DNA of 64,000 bases from Candidatus Iainarchaeum sp. (lineage in GTDB: Archaea > Iainarchaeota > Iainarchaeia > Iainarchaeales > UBA10219), in NCBI GenBank assembly GCA_018304425.1, contig JAGVWE010000005.1, positions 153,534 through 217,533 of the forward strand. Reading direction: 5' to 3'. Below, piece after piece: positions 1 through 9,155 of this stretch. A model generated the notes under the pieces. That model saw only the letters and a program-made list of their open reading frames with translations. It did not search any database and was not told the DNA's origin. A program made the position numbers and the translations under genes. Position 1 is the stretch's first letter, and every line of letters begins with the position of its first letter.

Positions 1-2
1 AG

Positions 3-884
3 GAGCTGCGGCGGCTGAACCTCAAGCCCGAGGACTGGCTGCTGGGCCAGGGCACGATTTACCCGGACACCATTGAAAGCGCGGGCACGAGGCACGCCTG
101 CCGCATCAAAACACATCACAACCGCATTGACTCGCTCAAGGAAATGATGGAAGCCGGTTTGCTGGTGGAGCCCATCAAGGAGTTGTACAAGGACGAGGTC
201 CGGGAACTCGGCGTCCAGCTCGGCTTGCCCGGGGCAATCGTGAAACGGCATCCCTTTCCCGGGCCGGGGCTCGCCATCCGGGCCCTTTGCTCGAACGGCC
301 AAACCGAACCCGTGCCGGAGGGCTTGGGGGAACGCGTGAACGCCTTGGCAAGCAAGTTCGGGTTGAAGGCCCAGGTGCTGCCCCTTCGAAGCGTGGGCGT
401 GCAGGGAGACGAGCGCACCTACCGGTTGGCCGTGGCGTTGCAGGGCCAGGCAAGCTGGACCGCCTTGGAGGAATGCTCGACGCGGCTCACCAACGAGGTC
501 AAGGAAGTCAACCGCGTGGTGTGGCTGCTTGAACCGAAGGCCATTGAATCGGTGAGGGTCAGGCCCGGCTATTTGACGCGCAGCCGGCTGGACTCGTTGC
601 GGGAAGCCGATGACGTGGTCAACCAGGCAATGGCAAAAACCAGGTGGTATGACCGGATATGGCAGTTTCCCGTGGTGCTCGTGCCCCTCGCGGTCAACGC
701 CGGAGAAGGCGAGTCCATCGTGTTGAGGCCGGTGTTCTCCACCGAGGCCATGACCGCGAAATTCGCCCCCCTGCCTCCCGCCTTGGTGGAGAAAATGGTG
801 AAGGGCATCCGGAAACTCAAGGGAATAACGGCCGTGTTCTACGACGTGACGCACAAGCCGCCGGCCACGATTTGCTGGGAGTGA
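3..884 (+). CDS. guaA: GMP synthase (glutamine-hydrolysing), C-terminal part; 5' end lies outside the window
   Basis: Frame open from position 3: GQGTIYPDTIES, IKTHHN, LYKDEVR, RHPFPGPGLAIR, C-terminal KPPATICWE. Confidence 0.95.
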   Translation, partial: ELRRLNLKPEDWLLGQGTIYPDTIESAGTRHACRIKTHHNRIDSLKEMMEAGLLVEPIKELYKDEVRELGVQLGLPGAIVKRHPFPGPGLAIRALCSNGQTEPVPEGLGERVNALASKFGLKAQVLPLRSVGVQGDERTYRLAVALQGQASWTALEECSTRLTNEVKEVNRVVWLLEPKAIESVRVRPGYLTRSRLDSLREADDVVNQAMAKTRWYDRIWQFPVVLVPLAVNAGEGESIVLRPVFSTEAMTAKFAPLPPALVEKMVKGIRKLKGITAVFYDVTHKPPATICWE

Positions 885-890
885 AAAACG

Positions 891-1544
891 TCAGGGCTTC
901 AAGGCCTTGAGTTGTTCTACCGCTTCCGCTGGGTTGGCGGACGCGAAGACGGTGGTTCCGGCCACCAAGACGTTGGCTCCTGCCTTGAGGCAGCGCAAGC
1001 CGGTTTCCAGGTCTATTCCGCCGTCGACCTCGACGTCGCAGGCAATCTTTTTCTCTTTGAGGTAGCGCGCGAGTTGCTGGATTTTGTAGACCGCGTTCAC
1101 GTTAAAGGCTTGGCCGCCAAAACCTGCTTCGACGGTCATGACTTGTGCCAGGTCGACGTCGGCGAGAAAGGGGAACAGTTTTTCTATGTCCACCCGGGCG
1201 TTGGCCGAAATGCCTTTGACCAGGTCGTTGACTTGCATGAGTTTGATGGTTTGCAGGGGGTTGGCAACCGTTTCAACGTGGAAAATGGCCCCATTCGCCC
1301 CGGCCTCGGCAAAGGGCTTGATGAACCGGTCCGGGTTTGAAACCATCAAGTGGACTTCAATGGGGAGGTCGGTCACTTTCCGGAGGGCCTTGACGACGGG
1401 AACGCCCATGGAGAGGTTCGGCACGTAGTGGCCGTCCATCACGTCCACGTGGATGAAGTCCGCGTTCTTCACCTTGCCGATTTCCTCGGCCAGGTGCGCG
1501 AAGTCCGCGTTCAAGATGCTGGGACCGACTTTGACCATGACCAT
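891..1544 (-). CDS. rpe: Ribulose-phosphate 3-epimerase
   Basis: PSIL, HVDVMDGHYVPN, HLMV, MTVEAGFGGQ, EVDGGI motifs; start at ATG 1544 or 1538. Confidence 0.95.
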   Translation of the reverse strand: MVMVKVGPSILNADFAHLAEEIGKVKNADFIHVDVMDGHYVPNLSMGVPVVKALRKVTDLPIEVHLMVSNPDRFIKPFAEAGANGAIFHVETVANPLQTIKLMQVNDLVKGISANARVDIEKLFPFLADVDLAQVMTVEAGFGGQAFNVNAVYKIQQLARYLKEKKIACDVEVDGGIDLETGLRCLKAGANVLVAGTTVFASANPAEAVEQLKALKP

Positions 1545-1560
1545 TACCTGCAGCAAAGCC

Positions 1561-1633
1561 TATTTATGTCCCATCGAGCCCTTCAGGCGAGATGGGACGA
1601 CGTATCGTGTGCAGCCGCCACCTTCAGGCGGCT
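1561..1633. repeat. Dispersed two-hairpin repeat family A, copy 1
   Basis: TATTTAT-GTCCCATC..GATGGGAC-GACGTATCGTGTGC-AGCCGCC..GGCGGCT; homologous to 12451-12510 and 52003-52060. Confidence 0.85.
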
Positions 1634-1634
1634 A

Positions 1635-1706
1635 TGGACTGGCGGGGAATCGAACCCCGAGTCTCCGCGTTGCGAACGCGGCGTCTTACCATTCGACTAC
1701 CAGCCC
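1635..1706 (-). tRNA. tRNA-Ala(CGC), no encoded CCA, no intron
   Basis: Reverse strand GGGCTGG..CCAGTCC-A acceptor stem, anticodon arm CCGCG-TT-CGC-AA-CGCGG, T-loop TTCGATT. Confidence 0.95.
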
Positions 1707-1707
1707 A

Positions 1708-1903
1708 AGGGCTTTTTACAAAAGCCCTGCGAAAAGGTGCCATTCTCACGAATGGCACGGCCTTTTTACAAAGGGTTTGCGACCTTGTCTCCCCCTGGGA
1801 GACGAGGCCCCGAAGACAAAGTCTTCGGGGAAATGCCCTGTGCATTGCACAGGGCTGGCTCGGCCTTTCGGCCTCGCATCTGGGCAGCCGTTGCCCAGAC
1901 TGC
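1708..1903. other. Array of eight back-to-back short hairpins (candidate structured RNA or palindrome cluster)
   Basis: Stems at 1708-1728, 1737-1758, 1761-1774, 1783-1807, 1808-1830, 1835-1855, 1862-1873, 1879-1899. Confidence 0.65.
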
Positions 1904-1954
1904 AAGATAACTGAAACCAAAGGAATTTATTAAGGGTTAACATTAATATAAAGC

Positions 1955-4900
1955 ATGCCGGATGGAGAGGGGAAGGACGCGGTAGCCGCTGGTTCGGGGG
2001 AGAAGCCCAGGCCCTTGGGGGCAGGGGAGCGGGTGGTGAAGCTCAAGGCCGCGCCGAAGACCGACCTCTTTGAAGAGGTCTTGACCGGGAAAAGCCATGA
2101 AGAGCAGTCCCTGGACGAGCTCTCGGAGGCCGAGGAAAAGAGGGCCCAGGAAGCCGAGAAAACCGTGGCCACCAAGCCGGGCAGCGGGGCTGCGCCGGTG
2201 GCGGGGGCGGAAATGCCGGCGCCTGTTCAGGCTCGCCGCGGGAGCCCTCGGAAGGCTGCCCCTAAAATCAGGGTACGCAAGAAGGGGGTTGAAGAAGCCG
2301 GGGCCGGCGTTGCGTCGAGTGAGGGCGGGGACGACGATGACGAGGAAGACGAGCCAGGGGAACCGAAGCCGCCCCTGGACATCGAGGAAGGCGATGACTT
2401 AAGTGCCGGCGACTGGAATGACTTGTTCAAGGAGGGAGACACCCGGGAGGAAGGCATCAAGGCGGCGCAGGCCCTGCCGGAGGCAGGGGCCGGGGAAGCG
2501 GGGTCTTCGGCGGGCGAAGAAGGACCGGTGGAGGCAAAAACCCCGCAGCCCAGCAAGGAGGAAATCCGCAGGGAGTTGATTGCCAGGACCGTTGCGGCCG
2601 GCCAAGGGGATTTGACTCCCTTGAAGGAGGGGTTGCCGCTCAAGTTCTTGGAGGACCCGGAGAAGGGCAACGTGTTCATTGGCCGCAAGAAAAACATTTG
2701 GAAGAAGTACGGGTATGAGGGCGCGTTGCTGGTTGGAAAGGTAGTGGAAGAAGAGTTCAAGGAACGGCACGTCTACTTGGACTCGTTGAACCCGCACGTG
2801 GTGTTCGTTTGCGGGGCCCGGGGTTCGGGTAAATCGTATATCATGGGGGTCATGGCCGAGGAACTCGCGCGCAAGAACAAGAACGTGGGAACGGTGGTCA
2901 TTGACCCGGTTGGCGTGTTTTGGAGCATGAAGTACCCGAATAAGGAGGAAAAGGAGCTCGCGTTGATGCCGGACTGGGGCTTGCAGCCGGAGGGCCTGGA
3001 CAGCTTGCGCGTGTTCATCCCAGAGGGCATCAAGAGCCAGACGCCTAAGGAGACCTATGACGCTACCTTCACCATGCAGCCCAGCCTCTTGACTTCGGAT
3101 GACTGGTGCCTGACCTACGGCATTGACCGGTTCAGCCCCACGGGCCTCTTACTGGAAAAGACGCTGAAGAAAGTCGAGTTGGGGTATGAGAACCTGGATG
3201 GCAAGAAGTTCCCAGCCCGCAGGCGGTCTTATTCCCTGGATGACCTCATTGCCTGCCTGGAAACGGATGCGGAATTGAATTCGAGGGACAAGGGGTACAA
3301 GCAGGACTCCATTCGTGCCCTGGTTTCCCGATTTGAGGCCGCCAAGAACTGGGGGATTTTCAGTGATAGGGGCACGCCCTTGGTGGAAATCAGCAAGGAA
3401 GGCCAGTTAACGGTCATTGACACGAGTTTCCTGGACGACAATGTCACGGCCCTGGTCATCGGGATACTGGCGAGGAGGCTGTTGGCGGCCAGGAAGCTGT
3501 CCACGCGGAAGGAGGCCGCCAAGAAGTTCCAGGAAGAGGAGGGGGTTGACGTCCTGGAAACGGATATTCCGCCTACCTGGCTGTTCATCGACGAGGCGCA
3601 CACCCTTATCCCGAGTGGCAACGTCAAGACCCCGGCCACGCATGCCCTGGTCGAGTACGTGAAGCAGGGGCGTCGACCGGGTTGTTCCCTGGTGTTTGCC
3701 ACGCAGCAGCCTTCGGCCATTGACACCAAGGTGTTGAGCCAATTGGATGTGATGGTCACCCACAAGCTGGTGTTCGACGACGACATCAAGGCCATTTACA
3801 AGCGCAGCCCGACCATCGTGCCCTTTAAGTACAAGAAGCCGAGTTTCGTGAAGACCCTGCCGATTGGCACGGCGCTGGTGGGGGATCGGACGGAGGAAAC
3901 GAGCCGCGCCTTCATCATGAAAATCAGGCCCCGGTTGTCCCAGCACGAGGGCCGTGAGGCGGAGACCACGGAGCGTTCCGTGGAGTTGGGGGCCAAGCAG
4001 GTGGAGCAGTTGGCGGTGAGCATGTTGTTGCGCCGCCTGGAAGAAGAGGGCGAGACCAGCATCGAGACCGTGGAGAAGAGCGTGCAGGTGCTTAACCAGA
4101 AGTACAAGAGCACAGCCGACGCGGAGAACGTGCTCGCGATGCTGAAGCGGCATGGACTTGTAGTGGACGAGGAGTTCGTGCGGTTGAAGGAGTACGTGGA
4201 GAAGGAAGAGGGAACCGGGAAACCGGCGGCAGCCAAAGCCGGCGAGGAAAGCCCCGTGGAAGCGGAAGAAGAAAAGGAGGCCGAGGAAGAGGCCCAGGAA
4301 ACGGCGGGGGAGGAAAAACAGGGGAAACCCGTCCCCGAAGCCGTGGAAGCGGGCTTCGGCGGGCAGACCGAGTTGCTGGCCTTGCCTGCCCGCGTGAACC
4401 AGCAGGCGGCGCAGCGCGTGGTGGATGGCCTGCGGCACAGGAAAGTCCTGGGCTTGCTGGGCAGCGAGGAAGTCATCGAGGACCTGCAATTGAAGTATGT
4501 CACGATTTGGCGCGTCAAATACGATGTCTACAACCAGCGCAAGGAATTCATTGCCCGGGAATGCTTCGTTAATTCCATGAGCGGGGAATTCATCCACTTC
4601 TTGAAGGACCGGTTCGTGGAAAGCAAGGGCTTGAAGGAAGTGTACGAGTTGGGCGAGGACGAAATCCAGTTCGTGCGCCTGCTGGGCCGCAAGGAGATGT
4701 CCTTACAGGAAATCGTGAAGCACACGCTGTTGGACGAGAAAAAAGTCCGCCCCGTCCTCGACAAGCTGCACTTCAAACGGTTGCTGGGCAAGACCAAGAA
4801 GAACAACGAACTCCATTACTGGCTGTTGAAGGAGTTTGACTTGCCGCCCCATGAAAGGCACGACCTCCTGCAGTCCATCCGGAACCTGCCGTTCGTGCGC

Positions 4901-5092
4901 GCGGAGGCCCTGGCCAAGGAACGCGAAATCTACGGCCGGAAGGAAATCCCCGAGGTCCTGGGCAAGCTATGGAAAAACATTCTGGTGCACAAAATCGAGG
5001 AACTCCACTGGCCCATCTGGCAGGCCACGTTGAAGGAAGGCCAGCGCACCCGCAAGGTCGGCATCGACGCAGTTACCGGGAAAGCGGTTTAG
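1955..5092 (+). CDS. HerA/DUF87-family P-loop ATPase with acidic low-complexity N-terminus and C-terminal winged-helix-like domains
   Basis: Walker A GARGSGKS, IDPVG, Walker B WLFIDEAH, KQGRRPG, ATQQPS. Confidence 0.85.
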   Translation: MPDGEGKDAVAAGSGEKPRPLGAGERVVKLKAAPKTDLFEEVLTGKSHEEQSLDELSEAEEKRAQEAEKTVATKPGSGAAPVAGAEMPAPVQARRGSPRKAAPKIRVRKKGVEEAGAGVASSEGGDDDDEEDEPGEPKPPLDIEEGDDLSAGDWNDLFKEGDTREEGIKAAQALPEAGAGEAGSSAGEEGPVEAKTPQPSKEEIRRELIARTVAAGQGDLTPLKEGLPLKFLEDPEKGNVFIGRKKNIWKKYGYEGALLVGKVVEEEFKERHVYLDSLNPHVVFVCGARGSGKSYIMGVMAEELARKNKNVGTVVIDPVGVFWSMKYPNKEEKELALMPDWGLQPEGLDSLRVFIPEGIKSQTPKETYDATFTMQPSLLTSDDWCLTYGIDRFSPTGLLLEKTLKKVELGYENLDGKKFPARRRSYSLDDLIACLETDAELNSRDKGYKQDSIRALVSRFEAAKNWGIFSDRGTPLVEISKEGQLTVIDTSFLDDNVTALVIGILARRLLAARKLSTRKEAAKKFQEEEGVDVLETDIPPTWLFIDEAHTLIPSGNVKTPATHALVEYVKQGRRPGCSLVFATQQPSAIDTKVLSQLDVMVTHKLVFDDDIKAIYKRSPTIVPFKYKKPSFVKTLPIGTALVGDRTEETSRAFIMKIRPRLSQHEGREAETTERSVELGAKQVEQLAVSMLLRRLEEEGETSIETVEKSVQVLNQKYKSTADAENVLAMLKRHGLVVDEEFVRLKEYVEKEEGTGKPAAAKAGEESPVEAEEEKEAEEEAQETAGEEKQGKPVPEAVEAGFGGQTELLALPARVNQQAAQRVVDGLRHRKVLGLLGSEEVIEDLQLKYVTIWRVKYDVYNQRKEFIARECFVNSMSGEFIHFLKDRFVESKGLKEVYELGEDEIQFVRLLGRKEMSLQEIVKHTLLDEKKVRPVLDKLHFKRLLGKTKKNNELHYWLLKEFDLPPHERHDLLQSIRNLPFVRAEALAKEREIYGRKEIPEVLGKLWKNILVHKIEELHWPIWQATLKEGQRTRKVGIDAVTGKAV

Positions 5093-5817
5093 GCCTTTCC
5101 CTTGGCGTCCCTGGCCTTGAGTTCGACCCTGGCCTTGTCCACTACCTGGGCTTGGGTAACGCCTTTGACGAGCTTGTCCGCGGGCAGGAAGCCCTGGATG
5201 CTTTGCGCCGTGACCCAGGTGTGCGCCCCGACCAGGGTACCGGGAGAGGTAACGACGTTCGCACCGAGCCGGGCGTAGTCGCCGAGAATGCAGCCGAACT
5301 TGTCCGAACCCGTGGAAAGTTTCTCGCCCCTGATTTTCACCTGCACGACCTGCTGGTCAAAGCGCCGGTTGCCAAGGATGGTGCCGGAACCGATACGCGT
5401 CCCTTGTCCAAGGACGCTGTCGCCGACGAAGCAGTTGGTGCCGATTTTCGCGCCGTTGAAGAGGAGGGCGTTCTTCATCTCGACGCCCTTGCCGATGACG
5501 CAGCCGTTGCCGATGACGGTCACGGGCCGAATCCAGACGTGGGGGCGGATGGTGACGTTCTCGCCGATGATGCACGGCCCCTCGATGACGGTGAAGGGCT
5601 CGACTACCGTGCCCTTGCCGATGACGACGTTGCCCTTGATGACGACAGTTGGGTGGACTTCGCCCTCGATGCGGGAAGCGCCAGGGTTGACCAGGGAATT
5701 CTTGCCTTCCACCATTTCCCAGGGGTGCCTGAATTTCTTCAACTCCTGGAGGGGGCAGGCGGAAAAGTCTTCGAAGTAGTAGTCGAGGCCCCCTTCCTTC
5801 AAAACTTTTGGGTTCAT
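5089..5817 (-). CDS. Hexapeptide-repeat acetyltransferase resembling the C-terminal domain of archaeal GlmU
   Basis: Left-handed beta-helix repeats, VGDSVLG, N-x-RFD, KFGCILGD; directly downstream of glmS-glmM. Confidence 0.8.
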   Translation of the reverse strand: MNPKVLKEGGLDYYFEDFSACPLQELKKFRHPWEMVEGKNSLVNPGASRIEGEVHPTVVIKGNVVIGKGTVVEPFTVIEGPCIIGENVTIRPHVWIRPVTVIGNGCVIGKGVEMKNALLFNGAKIGTNCFVGDSVLGQGTRIGSGTILGNRRFDQQVVQVKIRGEKLSTGSDKFGCILGDYARLGANVVTSPGTLVGAHTWVTAQSIQGFLPADKLVKGVTQAQVVDKARVELKARDAKGKA

Positions 5818-7202
5818 GCACCAATCACCTTCCGGATTTCCGATGCAATGGACTGCGCAAGCTTACTTATTTCGGTTTGGTGCTTGCCTTCAATCATGAC
5901 GCGCGCCAGGTTCTCGGTGCCCGAGTAGCGGACCAGTACGCGGCCCTCGGAGCCCAGCTTGCCCTCTACATAATGGATTCTTTCCTGCACGCCCTCCATG
6001 GCCTCGAAGGGCCGTTTTTCCCTGACCTTGAGGTTGACCAGCACCTGGGGATAGGCTTTCATGCACCGTGCCAGCCGGGAGAGGGGCTGCCGCTTTTCGC
6101 ACAGGAGCCGCAGCAACTGGAGGCCCGTGATGATGCCGTCCCCGGTGGTCGAGTACTCGTGGAACACGAGGTGCCCGGATTGCTCGCCGCCAAGCACGAA
6201 ACCGCCCCTGCGCATCTCGTCAATGACGTACTTGTCTCCCACTTGCGTGACCTTGACCTGGAGGCCTGCCTGCCTCATGGCCTCGTGGAAGCCCAGGTTG
6301 GCCATGACGGTTGAGACCACGGTGTCGCGGGCCAGCTTGCCCTTGGCCTTCAAGTCCAGGGCCATGAGCGCGAGTAAATGATCGCCGTCCACCAGTTTTC
6401 CCTTTTCGTCGCAGACGATGATGCGGTCGGCGTCCCCGTCCAGGGCAATGCCCAAGTCGGCTTTCTGCCTGCGGACTTCCCGTTGCATCTGCTCCGGGTG
6501 CAGGGCACCGCAGTTGAGGTTGATGTTCAGGCCATCTGGCTCGGTGTTCAGGGAAACCACTTGGGCGCCGAGCTCGGAAAAAATGTAGGGCGCGATGTGG
6601 TAGGCCGCGCCATTGGCGCAGTCCAGGACCACTTTGAGGCCCTGCAGGCTGAGATTGTCAATCGAGGACTTGCAGAACTCGATGTAGCGGCCCCGGGCGT
6701 CATCGATGCGGAAGGCCTTGCCGATGTCGTTGCCCGTGACCTCTCCCGAGTCAAAGCCGTTGGAGTTGACGAGCTGTTCGATCCGGTCTTCGAGGTCCTC
6801 GCCCAGCTTGTAGCCGGCGTGGTCGAACACCTTGATGCCGTTGTCGTGCGCGGGGTTGTGGGAAGCCGAAATCACGATGCCCGCGTCCGCGTTCATGGAC
6901 TTGGTCAGGTGCGCGATGGCGGGCGTTGGCATCGGGCCCACCAGGAAGACGTGCGCGCCCTGGGAGACGATGCCGGAAGTCAACGCGGTCTCAAGCATGT
7001 AGCCGGACAAGCGCGTGTCCTTGCCGATGACGATTTTGGGCTTGCCTTGCCGTTTCTTGTCCGCGCGCTGGAGGACGGTTGCAACGGCTTTGCCCACGCG
7101 CAACGCGATTTCCGGCGTCATGGGGTAGACGTTCGCTTTTCCCCGGATGCCGTCGGTGCCGAAGATTTTCCCGTTCCCGTTGTCGTTCAAGGAGGACATC
7201 AT
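5814..7202 (-). CDS. glmM: Phosphoglucosamine mutase
   Basis: FGTDGIRG, GKDTRLSG, SASHNP, DGDADR, GGEQSGH, RYSGTE. Confidence 0.95.
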   Translation of the reverse strand: MMSSLNDNGNGKIFGTDGIRGKANVYPMTPEIALRVGKAVATVLQRADKKRQGKPKIVIGKDTRLSGYMLETALTSGIVSQGAHVFLVGPMPTPAIAHLTKSMNADAGIVISASHNPAHDNGIKVFDHAGYKLGEDLEDRIEQLVNSNGFDSGEVTGNDIGKAFRIDDARGRYIEFCKSSIDNLSLQGLKVVLDCANGAAYHIAPYIFSELGAQVVSLNTEPDGLNINLNCGALHPEQMQREVRRQKADLGIALDGDADRIIVCDEKGKLVDGDHLLALMALDLKAKGKLARDTVVSTVMANLGFHEAMRQAGLQVKVTQVGDKYVIDEMRRGGFVLGGEQSGHLVFHEYSTTGDGIITGLQLLRLLCEKRQPLSRLARCMKAYPQVLVNLKVREKRPFEAMEGVQERIHYVEGKLGSEGRVLVRYSGTENLARVMIEGKHQTEISKLAQSIASEIRKVIGA

Positions 7203-8965
7203 TTCACCGTCACGCTTTTCGCGAGGTTGCGCGGCTTGTCCGGGTCATTCCCACGCAACACCGCGAGATAGTAGGCAAGCAATTGCACGGGCACGAGTTC
7301 CGCGATAGCGGAAGCGATGCCAAGGTCGGGCACGGGGAGGTGGAGGTCGAAGACCTCGTTGTCCTGGGGTGCCAGGCCGATGATGTAAGCCCCTCGCGAC
7401 TTGACCTCCATGGCGTTGCTCAGGACTTCTGCCTGGGTCTCATCGCAGGCAGCCAGGACGATGCAGGGGGTTCTCTTCTCGATGAGGGCTATGGGGCCAT
7501 GCTTCAATTCCCCGCCGGCAAAGCCTTCGGCATGGATGTAGGAAACCTCCTGCAGCTTGATGGCGGATTCGAGGGCGATGGGATAGTGCAGGCCGCGGCC
7601 GATGATGTACAAGTTTTCCTTGGCCTTTATTTTCTGCGCAAGGGCCTTGAGCCGCTTGCACTGCGCATCATCCAGCGTCCGGGCCAGGGCGGCGCTTGCT
7701 ATTTGAAGGGCTTTCCGGCCCTCGGCCAGGCGTCCGGCCGTGGCATAGGCCAGCAGGGCCAGCACGGCCAATTGGCCGGTGGCAGCCTTGGTGGAGGCCA
7801 CGGCCTTCTCAGGGCCGGCGTTGATGAGCAGGTTGTAATCGGACTGGCGCATCATGGTGCTTCCGTACACGTTGAGGAGGGAGACCACTTTCGCGCCGCG
7901 TTTCTTGGCGATGGAAAGGGCCTCGAGGGTGTCCGCCGTCTCCCCGCTTTGGGAGACGGCAATCACCAACGTGTCAGGCCCGACGAAGGGGGCGAAGTTC
8001 GGGAATTCCGAGCCCACGCAAAAGTGCGTCTGCCTGCCCGCGATCTTCGCGAACAGGTAGGTTCCCGCGAGGCACATCTTTCCGGCGGTGCCGCAGCCGA
8101 CCAGCACCGTTTGCTTGGCACGGGTGATTAGTTGCGCGATTTTTTCGAGCTGCTCGTCGTCCTGCACCAGGGCACGAGAAACGGATTCGCGCTGCTCGAG
8201 GATTTCCTTGAGCATGAAGTGCGGGAACTTTCCCTTCTCTGCCTGTTCGGGCGTCCAGGAAATCTTCTGCGGCTTCACGGGCAGCTGCTTTCCGGAGCGA
8301 AGGTCAAATAACCGGAGCGCGGAATCGATGAGGACAAGCTGCTGGTCGTCGAGGAACACGACCTGGTTGGTGTGGGGGAGGAAAGCCGGGATGTCGGAAG
8401 CGAGGAAGAATTCGTCTTTGCCGAGGCCGGCCAGGAGCGGGGAACCATTTCGGGCGCCGATGAGCTGCCCGGAATCCGCGTCGAGGACGATAAAGGAATA
8501 CCGGCCTTCGAGCAGCAGGCAGGTGTGCCGCACCGCGGTGGGGAAGTCGTCGCCTTTTTTCAGGAAGTCTTCGACGAGCAGGGGGATGGTCTCGGTGTCG
8601 GTCTGGGAGTGGAACGTGTAACCCGCGGCCTGCAGGCGCTTGCGCAGGGCCTGGTAGTTTTCCACGATGCCGTTGTGGGCCACGGCAATGCGCTTATTGT
8701 TGGACAAGTGGGGGTGGGCATTGGACTGGGTTACCCCCCCGTGGGTGGCCCATCTCGTGTGGCCCAGGGCCAGGTTTGCCTCAGGCAACGCCTTAAACCC
8801 CTTGAAATTGCCTATCTTGCCCACGTTTTTCTTTACTTGGAGGCCCGTTCCATCGAGAAAAGCGATGCCCCAGGAATCATATCCACGGTATTCGAGGGTT
8901 TTAAGGCCTTCCAAGACGATGGATACAGCCTGGTCTCCGCCTTTATAGCCAATGATTCCACACAT
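7199..8965 (-). CDS. glmS: Glutamine--fructose-6-phosphate aminotransferase
   Basis: MCGIIG, EYRGYDS, GHTRWATHG, SQSGETAD, ELKHGP, PRNLAKSVTV. Confidence 0.97.
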   Translation of the reverse strand: MCGIIGYKGGDQAVSIVLEGLKTLEYRGYDSWGIAFLDGTGLQVKKNVGKIGNFKGFKALPEANLALGHTRWATHGGVTQSNAHPHLSNNKRIAVAHNGIVENYQALRKRLQAAGYTFHSQTDTETIPLLVEDFLKKGDDFPTAVRHTCLLLEGRYSFIVLDADSGQLIGARNGSPLLAGLGKDEFFLASDIPAFLPHTNQVVFLDDQQLVLIDSALRLFDLRSGKQLPVKPQKISWTPEQAEKGKFPHFMLKEILEQRESVSRALVQDDEQLEKIAQLITRAKQTVLVGCGTAGKMCLAGTYLFAKIAGRQTHFCVGSEFPNFAPFVGPDTLVIAVSQSGETADTLEALSIAKKRGAKVVSLLNVYGSTMMRQSDYNLLINAGPEKAVASTKAATGQLAVLALLAYATAGRLAEGRKALQIASAALARTLDDAQCKRLKALAQKIKAKENLYIIGRGLHYPIALESAIKLQEVSYIHAEGFAGGELKHGPIALIEKRTPCIVLAACDETQAEVLSNAMEVKSRGAYIIGLAPQDNEVFDLHLPVPDLGIASAIAELVPVQLLAYYLAVLRGNDPDKPRNLAKSVTVK

Positions 8966-9155
8966 GGGGGTTGCACCGCAAAATAAGAAGCAATGGAACT
9001 ATTCTGGGGCATTAGAGTTTAAATACCCCGTTGAAAGCCCATTACAGCCAGTATAAGCCTGGGCATAACGGAAACCCCAAGGCTTTTAAAGACTAACTAC
9101 ACTAATACTAACTAACCCATAATAGTAGTATAACAAAACTTGTAATGGTGAATGC

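Noticed and set aside
1561-1633. Family A as a known self-cleaving ribozyme (pistol-like ATAAATAG on the minus strand; HDV/theta-like GTCCCA..ATGGGAC next to a tRNA 3' end)
   Set aside because: The stems are simple serial hairpins with 3-nt loops in two copies, so the required pseudoknots cannot form; there is no hammerhead CUGANGA/GAAA core.
1708-1903. CRISPR array, RNase P RNA or SRP RNA
   Set aside because: The hairpins differ in sequence with no repeat-spacer period, there are no cas genes, and the RNase P and SRP signature motifs are absent on both strands.
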